From contig JBGANF010000020.1 in assembly GCA_044222475.1 (NCBI GenBank), forward strand, positions 18,658 through 82,657: DNA of 64,000 bases, written 5' to 3'. The DNA comes from Polyangiaceae bacterium. Its GTDB lineage: Bacteria; Myxococcota_A; Polyangia; Polyangiales; Polyangiaceae. Positions 1 to 7,462 of the stretch are shown piece by piece. A model generated the notes under the pieces. It saw nothing but the letters and a program-made list of their open reading frames with translations. It made no database searches and was not told where the DNA came from. A program made the translations under genes and the position numbers. The number at the start of each line of letters is the position of its first letter. Position 1 is the first letter of the stretch.

Positions 1-491
1 GCGGGCTCGCGGCGCTCCGGTTCGCGCTCGATCGACCGGACCTCGTACGCGGCCTCTACCTCGCGTCGCCGGCCGGCGCGGCGTCGACGGCGGAGGAGCT
101 CGCCGAGCTGCGCGATCTCCTCGCGGTGGACTCGCACGGTAGCGCGCTGCGCTTCCTCGACGCGGTGTTTCACGAACCCGCGCCGCTCCGTCACGTGCTC
201 GCGTTCGGTCTGCGTCATCGGTTCGGTGCGCCGACGCCGAGAGCGATCCTCGCCGAGCTCGACGAGTCGCCGGCGTTCACCCCGGAGGAGCTCGGGACGA
301 TCCGCGCGCCGATTCGGCTGTTCTGGGGGAGGGGAGAGCGGCTCTTTCCGCCGTCGCACCTCGAGTTCTTCCGCGCGCACCTGCCCCCTCACACCGAGAT
401 CGAAGAGGCGCACGGCTTCGGGCACGCGCCCCAGCTCGACGACGCGCGTGCGCTCGCGCAGAGGCTCCTCGACTTTGCGCGCACCGTGTAA
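1..491 (+). CDS. Alpha/beta fold hydrolase, 5'-truncated at window edge
   Basis: Frame is open from base 3 (GLAALRFALDRPDLVRGLYLASPAG). The C-terminal part has LFWGRGERLF and GFGHAPQLD, typical of the hydrolase catalytic His region. Confidence 0.8.
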   Translation, partial: GLAALRFALDRPDLVRGLYLASPAGAASTAEELAELRDLLAVDSHGSALRFLDAVFHEPAPLRHVLAFGLRHRFGAPTPRAILAELDESPAFTPEELGTIRAPIRLFWGRGERLFPPSHLEFFRAHLPPHTEIEEAHGFGHAPQLDDARALAQRLLDFARTV

Positions 492-503
492 GCTCGCCGC
501 TCG

Positions 504-857
504 ATGCGCGAGGTCTGCTTTCTGATTGGTCGAGACGGCGCGGTGCTCTGGGCCGACGCCGGGACGTCGGCGGCGGCGCTACCGGACTCGCGCGATCGCT
601 GGGAGGCGATCTGGCGTCACCGCGAGGAGCTCGAGGAGATCGCCCACAGCCACCCCATCGGGCCGTTGGGGTTCTCCGCCGAGGACGAGAGCACGATGGC
701 GGCGCTCACCCAAGCGCTCGGGCGCTCGCTGCGCTTCTCGGTCGTCGCGCCGAACGGCACGCTGGTTCGTCGAGCCGGTCGGACCGGCGACGACGTGATC
801 GTCCAGAAGGAGCCGTGGTGGACCGCTCTCCTCCGCCTGGCGTCGGGGATCCGGTGA
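504..857 (+). CDS. JAB/MPN+ (JAMM) metallo-isopeptidase
   Basis: N-terminal E in MREVCFLIG plus an exact H-x-H-x7-S-x2-D motif (HSHPIGPLGFSAED). Confidence 0.85.
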   Translation: MREVCFLIGRDGAVLWADAGTSAAALPDSRDRWEAIWRHREELEEIAHSHPIGPLGFSAEDESTMAALTQALGRSLRFSVVAPNGTLVRRAGRTGDDVIVQKEPWWTALLRLASGIR

Positions 858-1243
858 TGCCGTATCGCGAAGCGCCGAGGGATCTGCACGTGCTGTACAC
901 CGACTTCAACGGCGTCGTCAGCGCGTACGACGTCACGAGCGGTCGTGTGCTCTGGCAACGTGCCACCGCGGAGCCGGAGCACTCTCTCACGCTCCACCCG
1001 ACGCCTGGTCGTCTGATTCTCGTCCAAGCCGCGCGGGTTCTCGCGCTCGAAGCAGCAACCGGGCTCACGATGTGGAGCTCGACCCTCGGCGATCCGGAGG
1101 ACCGAAGTCCGCGCACGACACGGGTCGAGGTCGTCGGGGACACGGTGCTCGTCGAGCTCGGTGGCGTTCTCCACGCGCTCGGCAGCAACGACGGAAAGCA
1201 GCGCTGGACCGCGCGGGTGAAGGATTGGGCCGTGTCAGAATAG
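857..1243 (+). CDS. Small PQQ-like beta-propeller repeat protein (128 aa)
   Basis: Three A-x-D/E-xx-T/S/D-G-xxx-W blades (AYDVTSGRVLW, ALEAATGLTMW, ALGSNDGKQRW). The start overlaps the JAB stop (TGATG). Confidence 0.75.
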   Translation: MPYREAPRDLHVLYTDFNGVVSAYDVTSGRVLWQRATAEPEHSLTLHPTPGRLILVQAARVLALEAATGLTMWSSTLGDPEDRSPRTTRVEVVGDTVLVELGGVLHALGSNDGKQRWTARVKDWAVSE

Positions 1244-1293
1244 GGACGACGTCGTCGTCCGCATTGCGAACCAAAAGGTCGAGGGAGGCTCGT

Positions 1294-1521
1294 ATGTCGA
1301 TCATCAACATCACCTACAACGGCGTGTCGGCGGACTACCCGCTCGACGCGGCGGTCGCGCTCTCGGACGCGGACGTCCGTCGCATCGCGGTCGAGGTCGT
1401 TCGTGCGGGCGGTGTCCGCGGCATCGTCGCGGAGAACCTCGCGGACGGCGCGTTCGACAACTTCGTCGTCGACCGCCTCGGCGACAAGATCTACCTCCGT
1501 CCGAAGGTCCCCTTCGGGTGA
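1294..1521 (+). CDS. Putative ubiquitin-like (beta-grasp) protein, 75 aa, C-terminal Gly
   Basis: GGGAGG RBS at 1283-1288. Strand-strand-helix...strand pattern (IINITYNG / SADY / DADVRRIAVEVV / KIYLRPKVPFG). It lies between JAB and E1 genes. The fold is inferred. Confidence 0.7.
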   Translation: MSIINITYNGVSADYPLDAAVALSDADVRRIAVEVVRAGGVRGIVAENLADGAFDNFVVDRLGDKIYLRPKVPFG

Positions 1522-1531
1522 AGGTCGCGCG

Positions 1532-2104
1532 ATGAAGATCGTGTTTTGCGGCGTGGGAGCCCTCGGCTCTCACGCCGCGCTTTCATGCCGCAGCCTGGGC
1601 GCCGAGCTCGTCTTCATCGACTTCGATCGCGTCGAGTCGAAGAACGTGGCGTCGCAGGGGTACGTGAAGCCGAGCGTGGGGAAGAACAAGGCCGAAGCGC
1701 TGAAGGCGATCTTCGCGAACTTCTACGGCGCGAAGGCCGAGGCGTTCGGGGTGCGACTGGTGGAGACGAACGTCGACACCCTGCTTTCGTCGGCCGACCT
1801 GATCGTCGACGCGTTCGACAACAAGGCGAGCCGCGACATCCTCTCGACCTACGCGCGAGCGAAGAACAAGCCGCTGGTTCACGCGGCGGTCTCGGCGGAC
1901 GGAACGTTCGGCATCGTGCGCTGGGACGAGCGCTTCGAGGCGGACGCCGAAGATCACGAAGGCCAAGCGACCTGCGAAGGAGGAGAGCACCTCCCCATGC
2001 TGACCCTGGTCGCGAGCGTCCTTTCGAGGACGATCCAGGATTTCCTGAAATCGGGAGCCAAACACGACGCAATGGTGTCCCTCCGCTCCGTGACGCCGAC
2101 CTGA
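1532..2104 (+). CDS. ThiF/MoeB/E1-family adenylyltransferase
   Basis: GVGALG nucleotide-binding loop, DFDRVESKNVASQ, GKNKAE, DAFDNKASR, and a candidate thioester Cys in QATCEGG. Confidence 0.9.
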   Translation: MKIVFCGVGALGSHAALSCRSLGAELVFIDFDRVESKNVASQGYVKPSVGKNKAEALKAIFANFYGAKAEAFGVRLVETNVDTLLSSADLIVDAFDNKASRDILSTYARAKNKPLVHAAVSADGTFGIVRWDERFEADAEDHEGQATCEGGEHLPMLTLVASVLSRTIQDFLKSGAKHDAMVSLRSVTPT

Positions 2105-2107
2105 CTC

Positions 2108-2182
2108 TCCCATTCCCATTCCCAATCCACCCCTTCGGGTACCACGAAGCGCGGCCGTTCCACATTCCCCCGAATTCGTCTT
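2108..2182 (+). repeat. Dispersed intergenic repeat copy 1 ((CCCATT)n plus 28-bp core)
   Basis: 2155-2182 matches the reverse complement of 52763-52790 at 27/28 nt. Both copies have adjacent CCCATT hexamer runs. Confidence 0.75.
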
Positions 2183-2310
2183 TTTGCCCTCAGCCTGTCG
2201 GATTGACCCCACCCGCCGCGTCGATCCCAGAAGCTTGATAGAGCGCGAACCCCGTGCGTCGCAGCGCATGGCCTGGGAAACCAGCCGTGCCCGCCGCGCA
2301 TGCGCGCTCC

Positions 2311-2350
2311 GAACGGCAGCGAATGCGAGGTCGCTGCCGTTCGTCTTTTT
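2311..2350 (+). terminator. Intrinsic terminator-like hairpin
   Basis: Perfect 12-bp stem GAACGGCAGCGA/TCGCTGCCGTTC with an 8-nt loop, followed by GTCTTTTT. Confidence 0.55.
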
Positions 2351-2369
2351 GTGGCATGAGTAGGCCGCC

Positions 2370-3089
2370 GTGTACGCCTTCGCCGCCATCGTCTTCGTCG
2401 CCTTCGTCGTGGAGTCGGCGGCCGGCTTCGGCGCGACGGTCGTCACCGTCACGCTCGCGGCTCAGCTCATGGCCGTCGACGACGTGCTCGCGCGCTTCCT
2501 TCCGGTGAACGTCGCGCTGTCGCTCTACCTCGTCTCCCGGCACCGGCGCGCGGTCGACGTGAAGATGCTCCTCCGCGGCATCGTCCCGGCGATGGGTCTC
2601 GGGATGATCGGCGGCACCGTGCTCGCGCGCTTCGCCCAGCCCGGGTGGATCAAGATCGCGTTCGCCGTCTTCGTGATCGCGCTCTCGGTCCTCGAGCTCT
2701 GGCCCCGCCGGGACCCTGCCGCGCGCGCGCTCCCACGCCCGGTCCGCTGGCTCGCGCTCGGCGTCGCCGGGATCATCCACGGGCTCTTCGCGTGCGGCGG
2801 TCCGCTCGTCGTCTGGGTGCTCGGGCGCGAGGTGAAGGACAAGGCGATCTTTCGCAGCACGCTGAGCGCGCTGTGGCTCCTCCTCAACGGCGTGCTCGTG
2901 CTCACGTTCGCCCTCACGAAGAAGATCGATCCGTCGACCCTCCGCGACTCGCTCTGGCTGGTCCCTCCGCTCGCGTTCGGGATCGCCGTCGGCGAGGCGG
3001 TGCACCGCCGCCTCTCCGAGGCTCACTTTCGCCGCGTGATCTTCGGCCTTCTGCTCGTGGCCGCCACGATCCTCCTCGTGCGCCGCTGA
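2370..3089 (+). CDS. Sulfite exporter TauE/SafE family membrane protein
   Basis: Multi-TM protein with AAGFG in the N-terminal half and GLFACGGP in the second repeat. Confidence 0.8.
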   Translation: MYAFAAIVFVAFVVESAAGFGATVVTVTLAAQLMAVDDVLARFLPVNVALSLYLVSRHRRAVDVKMLLRGIVPAMGLGMIGGTVLARFAQPGWIKIAFAVFVIALSVLELWPRRDPAARALPRPVRWLALGVAGIIHGLFACGGPLVVWVLGREVKDKAIFRSTLSALWLLLNGVLVLTFALTKKIDPSTLRDSLWLVPPLAFGIAVGEAVHRRLSEAHFRRVIFGLLLVAATILLVRR

Positions 3090-3142
3090 CGCGCAAAGGT
3101 TGCACTAGAAACCGCCATCCGGCTGGCTAGGATCGGCAAACC

Positions 3143-5497
3143 ATGCCCATCCGAGAAGACGAGATCGCCGCGCTCGATCGCTACGTGCGCGCCGCCAACT
3201 ACCTCACCGTCGGTCAGATCTACCTCCAGGCGAACCCACTCCTTCACGAGCCGCTCCAAGCCGAGCACGTGAAGCCGCGCCTCCTCGGGCACTGGGGTAC
3301 GTCACCCGGTCTCAACCTGCTCTACGCGCACTTGAACCGCGTGCTCCAGCAGCGCGATCTCTCGCTCATCTACATGACCGGTCCCGGTCACGGTGGTCCT
3401 GCGCTCGTCGCGAACGTCTACCTCGAGGGCTCCTACACCGAGTTCTATCCGCGCGTCCCGCAAGACGCGTCCGGCATGCTCAAGCTCTTCCGCCAGTTCT
3501 CGACGCCGGGCGGCGTGCCGAGCCACGTCGGCCCGCAGACGCCGGGATCGATCCACGAAGGCGGCGAGCTCGGCTACGTGCTCACCCACGCGTTCGGCTC
3601 CGTGTTCGACAACCCCGACGTCGTCACCGTCGCCGTCGTCGGCGACGGCGAAGCGGAGACCGGCCCGCTCGAGGGATCGTGGAAGGGCATCCGCTTCCTG
3701 AACCCCGTGCACGACGGCGCGGTTCTGCCGGTGCTCCACCTCAACGGCTACAAGATCGCCGGGCCGACGGTCCTCGGGCGTTCGTCGAACGAGGACATCA
3801 AGGCTCTCCTCGGTGGGCACGGCTACCAAGTCACCTTCGTCGAAGGTGACGATCCGGTACACGTGCACCGCGCGATGGCCGAGGCTCTCGATGCCGCGTT
3901 CGATCGCATCGCCGAGATCCAGAAGACGGCCCGGAAGGGGAGCGCGGCGGCCGTGAACGCCGTGCCGCGATGGCCGGCGATCGTGCTCCGCACGCCGAAG
4001 GGTTGGACTGGTCCGAAGGTCGTCGACGGAAAGAAGGTCGAAGGATCGTTCCGCTCGCACCAGGTCCCGCTGTCGCACGTGCGGAAAGATCCGAAGGCGC
4101 TCGCCGCGCTCGAGCAGTGGCTGAAGAGCTACAAGCCCGAGGAGCTGTTCGACTCCGAAGGTCGGCCTCGCCCCGAGCTGCTCGCGCTCGTGCCGCCGAA
4201 GGAGCGGCGCATGGGCGTGCAGAAGCACGCCAACGGCGGCGACGTCGCGCCGCTCATCGTCCCCGAAGCGCAGAAGTACGCGCTCGACGTGCGCTCGCCC
4301 GGGAGCGTCACCGCGGAGTCGACGAAGCCGCTCGGCGCGCTGTTGCGCGACGTCTACACCGCGAACCCGAAGACGTTCCGCTTGTTCTGCCCCGACGAGA
4401 CCAACTCGAACCGCCTCGGGGCCGTCTTCGAGGTCGAGAAGCGCTGTCTCATCGGCGCGCCGCAGCCCGAGGACGATCACGTCGGCTCCGACGGGCGCGT
4501 GATGGAGGTGCTCTCCGAGCACAACAGCGCCGGGTGGCTCGAGGGCTACAACCTCACCGGTCGTCACGGCGTCTTTGCCACGTACGAGGCGTTCTCGCTC
4601 ATCGTCGCGTCGATGACGACGCAACACGCGAAGTGGCTCGAGGCGTGCGGCGAGATCCCGTGGCGCAAGCCGGTGCCGTCGCTCAACTACCTCCTCACGT
4701 CGACGTGCTGGCGCAACGACCACAACGGGTTCAGCCATCAGGGGCCCGGCTTCATCGACACCGTGCTCTCGAAGAAGGGCTCGGTCGCGCGCGTGTACCT
4801 CCCGCCGGACGGCAACAGCCTGCTCGCCGTGTCGGAGCACGTGCTCAAGAGCCACTCCGTGGTGAACGTCGTCGTCATCGACAAGCAGCCGCAGCTCCAG
4901 TGGCTCAGCTTCGAAGAGGCGAAGGCGCACCTGACGCGAGGCGCGTCGCGCTGGGACTTCGCGTCCAACGAAGCCGACGGCAAGCCTCACGTGATCCTCG
5001 CCTGCGCCGGCGACATCGCCACGCAGGAGACAATCGCGGCCGCTGCGTACTTGCGGAAGCACGCGCCCGAGCTCCGCGTGCGCGTCGTGAACGTGATCGA
5101 TCTCATGACGCTCTTCCCGCCCGACGCGCACCCCCACGGGATGACGGCGCCGCGCTTCTGGGAGCTCTTCACGCACGACGTCCACGTCGTGTTCGCGTTC
5201 CACGGGTATCCGGGCGCGGTGCACCAGCTCCTCCACGGTCGCCCCGACGCGGATCGCTTCCACGTCCGCGGCTACCGCGAAGAGGGGACGACCACGACGC
5301 CGTTCGACATGGTCGTCGTCAACAAGATGAGCCGCTACCACCTCGTGATGGACGCGCTCAAGTACGCGACGCCTCCGACGCTCCTCCGCGACGAGATCGT
5401 CCTCGACTGCGAGGCGATGCTGGTGAAGCACCGGAACTACGTCCGCGACTACTTCGAGGACATGCCGGAAGTGCGCGATTTCAAGCTTCCGGGGTAA
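3143..5497 (+). CDS. xfp: Phosphoketolase (xylulose-5-P/fructose-6-P)
   Basis: LGHWGTSPG, GPGHG, HEGGELGY, GDGEAETG (TPP motif), HNGFSHQ, EEGTTTTPFDM. Confidence 0.97.
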   Translation: MPIREDEIAALDRYVRAANYLTVGQIYLQANPLLHEPLQAEHVKPRLLGHWGTSPGLNLLYAHLNRVLQQRDLSLIYMTGPGHGGPALVANVYLEGSYTEFYPRVPQDASGMLKLFRQFSTPGGVPSHVGPQTPGSIHEGGELGYVLTHAFGSVFDNPDVVTVAVVGDGEAETGPLEGSWKGIRFLNPVHDGAVLPVLHLNGYKIAGPTVLGRSSNEDIKALLGGHGYQVTFVEGDDPVHVHRAMAEALDAAFDRIAEIQKTARKGSAAAVNAVPRWPAIVLRTPKGWTGPKVVDGKKVEGSFRSHQVPLSHVRKDPKALAALEQWLKSYKPEELFDSEGRPRPELLALVPPKERRMGVQKHANGGDVAPLIVPEAQKYALDVRSPGSVTAESTKPLGALLRDVYTANPKTFRLFCPDETNSNRLGAVFEVEKRCLIGAPQPEDDHVGSDGRVMEVLSEHNSAGWLEGYNLTGRHGVFATYEAFSLIVASMTTQHAKWLEACGEIPWRKPVPSLNYLLTSTCWRNDHNGFSHQGPGFIDTVLSKKGSVARVYLPPDGNSLLAVSEHVLKSHSVVNVVVIDKQPQLQWLSFEEAKAHLTRGASRWDFASNEADGKPHVILACAGDIATQETIAAAAYLRKHAPELRVRVVNVIDLMTLFPPDAHPHGMTAPRFWELFTHDVHVVFAFHGYPGAVHQLLHGRPDADRFHVRGYREEGTTTTPFDMVVVNKMSRYHLVMDALKYATPPTLLRDEIVLDCEAMLVKHRNYVRDYFEDMPEVRDFKLPG

Positions 5498-5506
5498 GCT
5501 TCCCGA

Positions 5507-7393
5507 ATGCTCGACCCGACGCTGCGCGCGACTCTCGAGCAGCGCCTGAGCGAGCTGCCGTACGCGAACACGCTCGAAGCGTCGCCCACGCAGACGATCA
5601 AGCCCGAGCTCTCGGCCTCGCGGTCGGAGCCCGGGCTTCCGGTCATCTCCCTCTCCGGCGAGATGGCCGACGGCCCTCGCGCGACGACCGACGGGCAGTC
5701 GCCCGATCTCGAGCTGCGCTCGCTGCTCGGCGAAGGAGGCATGGGCAAGGTGCAGCTCGCGTTCCAGCGATCGCTCGAGCGCGAGGTCGCGGTGAAGACG
5801 ACGCGCAGCGGCGCGTCGGTGAACGCAGCGTCGGCGCTCGTGCGCGAGGCGCGGATCGCGGGGACGCTCGAGCACCCCGGCGTCGTACCGGTCCACGCGC
5901 TCGGCCTCGATGGCAGCGGAGCGCCGGTGCTCGTCATGAAGCGCATCGAGGGCGTCGAGTGGGGCGCGCTGATCGCCGATCCGGAGCACCCTGGATGGTC
6001 CGCGCGGCCGGGTGATCGCCTGGTCGCCCACCTCGAGATCCTCATGCAGGTGTGCCGCACGCTGCACTTCGCTCACAAGCGCGGCGTGCTCCACCTCGAC
6101 GTGAAGCCCGAGAACGTCATGGTGGGCGACTTCGGCGAGGTCTACCTCGTCGATTGGGGCATCGCGCGCCGCTTCGATCCGTCGTCGACGGAGCCGCTCC
6201 CGCAACCGACGCTCGCCGGCACCCCCGCGTACATGGCGCCCGAGATGGTGACCGGCTCCGGCGTCGACGTCCGCACCGACGTCTTCCTCCTCGGTGCGAC
6301 GCTCCACACCGCGTTGACCGGCGAGGTCAAGAACCTCGGGGCCAACGTCACCGCGGTCCTCACGGCCGCGATGCTCGCGACGCCGTACGCCTACGGCTCG
6401 GACGTGCCCTCCGAGCTCGCCGAGATCTGCAACCGCGCGACGGCCCGCGAACCGGCCGATCGATTCCCTTCGGCCGAGGCGCTTCGTGTCGCGCTCGCGC
6501 AGCACCTTCAGCACCGAAGCTCGATCGCGCTCGCGATCGAAGCCGCCGAGCGCAGCGCGGCGCTCGCTGCGCTCCTCGGCGCGGCCGAGGCGGAGAAGCC
6601 GCCGCCGGAGATCCAGCGAGCGTACCGGTTGGCGAGCGAGGCGCGCTTCGGCTTCGATCAGGCGCTGCGCGAGTGGCCCGAGAACCGGATCGCGCGCGAG
6701 CGCCGTACGGATTGCCTCGCGCTGGTGGCGGATCTCGAGATCCGCCAAGGTCACGTCGACGCCGCCGAAGCCGCGCTCGCCGAGATGGACTCCGTACCTG
6801 AATCGTTGCGCGCGAAGATCGAGCGCGTCCGCGAGTCCCGCGCGCACGAGACGAAAGAGCACGCCCGTCTGCGCGCTCTCGCGCACGATCTCGACTCCAG
6901 CGTCGGGGCCAAGCAGCGCGGCCTCGCGATCGGTGCGTTCGCCGCAGCGACGGTCGTCGGCGCGGCGTACGTCATCTCGCATCGGAGCGATCTGAAGACG
7001 GCGCATCTGTTGTTCGTGTCCCTTCTGATCCTTTCGGGCAGCTCCGCGATGGTCTTCCTGATGCGACGGCAGCTCTTCTCGAACGCGTTCAATCGGCAAG
7101 CGACGACGCTCTTCATCGTCGGCGGAGCGGGGATCACGTTGAACCGCGCGGTGGCGACGTTTCAGCACGTGAGCGTGTCGACCACGATGACGCTGGACAT
7201 GCTCGTTCTCTGCGTCGTCATGGCGTCGGGGGCGGCGACCGTGCGCCGCTCGCTGTGGATGATGACGGGACTTCTCGTCGCGAGCATCGCCGTGAGCGTG
7301 ATCGATCCCGATCTCGCGTCCATCGTGTTCGCGGTGGATCTCGTCGCGCTCCCGCTCGCGTTCTTCCACGCGTTTCGCAAGAAACCGGACTGA
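5507..7393 (+). CDS. Hanks-type Ser/Thr kinase with C-terminal multi-pass membrane domain
   Basis: GEGGMG, VAVK, HLDVKPEN, DWG, GTPAYMAPE, and about 5-6 TM segments at the C-terminus. Confidence 0.92.
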   Translation: MLDPTLRATLEQRLSELPYANTLEASPTQTIKPELSASRSEPGLPVISLSGEMADGPRATTDGQSPDLELRSLLGEGGMGKVQLAFQRSLEREVAVKTTRSGASVNAASALVREARIAGTLEHPGVVPVHALGLDGSGAPVLVMKRIEGVEWGALIADPEHPGWSARPGDRLVAHLEILMQVCRTLHFAHKRGVLHLDVKPENVMVGDFGEVYLVDWGIARRFDPSSTEPLPQPTLAGTPAYMAPEMVTGSGVDVRTDVFLLGATLHTALTGEVKNLGANVTAVLTAAMLATPYAYGSDVPSELAEICNRATAREPADRFPSAEALRVALAQHLQHRSSIALAIEAAERSAALAALLGAAEAEKPPPEIQRAYRLASEARFGFDQALREWPENRIARERRTDCLALVADLEIRQGHVDAAEAALAEMDSVPESLRAKIERVRESRAHETKEHARLRALAHDLDSSVGAKQRGLAIGAFAAATVVGAAYVISHRSDLKTAHLLFVSLLILSGSSAMVFLMRRQLFSNAFNRQATTLFIVGGAGITLNRAVATFQHVSVSTTMTLDMLVLCVVMASGAATVRRSLWMMTGLLVASIAVSVIDPDLASIVFAVDLVALPLAFFHAFRKKPD

Positions 7394-7408
7394 CGACCCT
7401 TGCGCGTC

Positions 7409-7422
7409 ACTCATAGATGAGT
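7409..7422. promoter_or_regulatory. Palindromic operator-like site
   Basis: ACTCAT-AG-ATGAGT perfect inverted repeat in an AT-rich intergenic patch. Confidence 0.35.
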
Positions 7423-7462
7423 TACTGAGTGCGCCTGCTCCAATGTAGGGGCATGAAGGAAC

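Noticed and set aside
1072..1293. Extended N-terminus of the 1072..1521 ORF
   Set aside because: It overlaps the propeller gene, and the RBS supports ATG 1294.
504..2104. CBASS Cap2/Cap3 or Bil system
   Set aside because: No CD-NTase and no E2-like gene are recognisable in the locus.
504..3089. Canonical thiamine/molybdopterin/cysteine sulfur-carrier operon
   Set aside because: There is no GG-ending ThiS/MoaD and no ThiG, MoaE, CysM or rhodanese. The TauE gene is separated by about 265 nt and a terminator-like hairpin. A sulfur role is disfavoured but not fully excluded.
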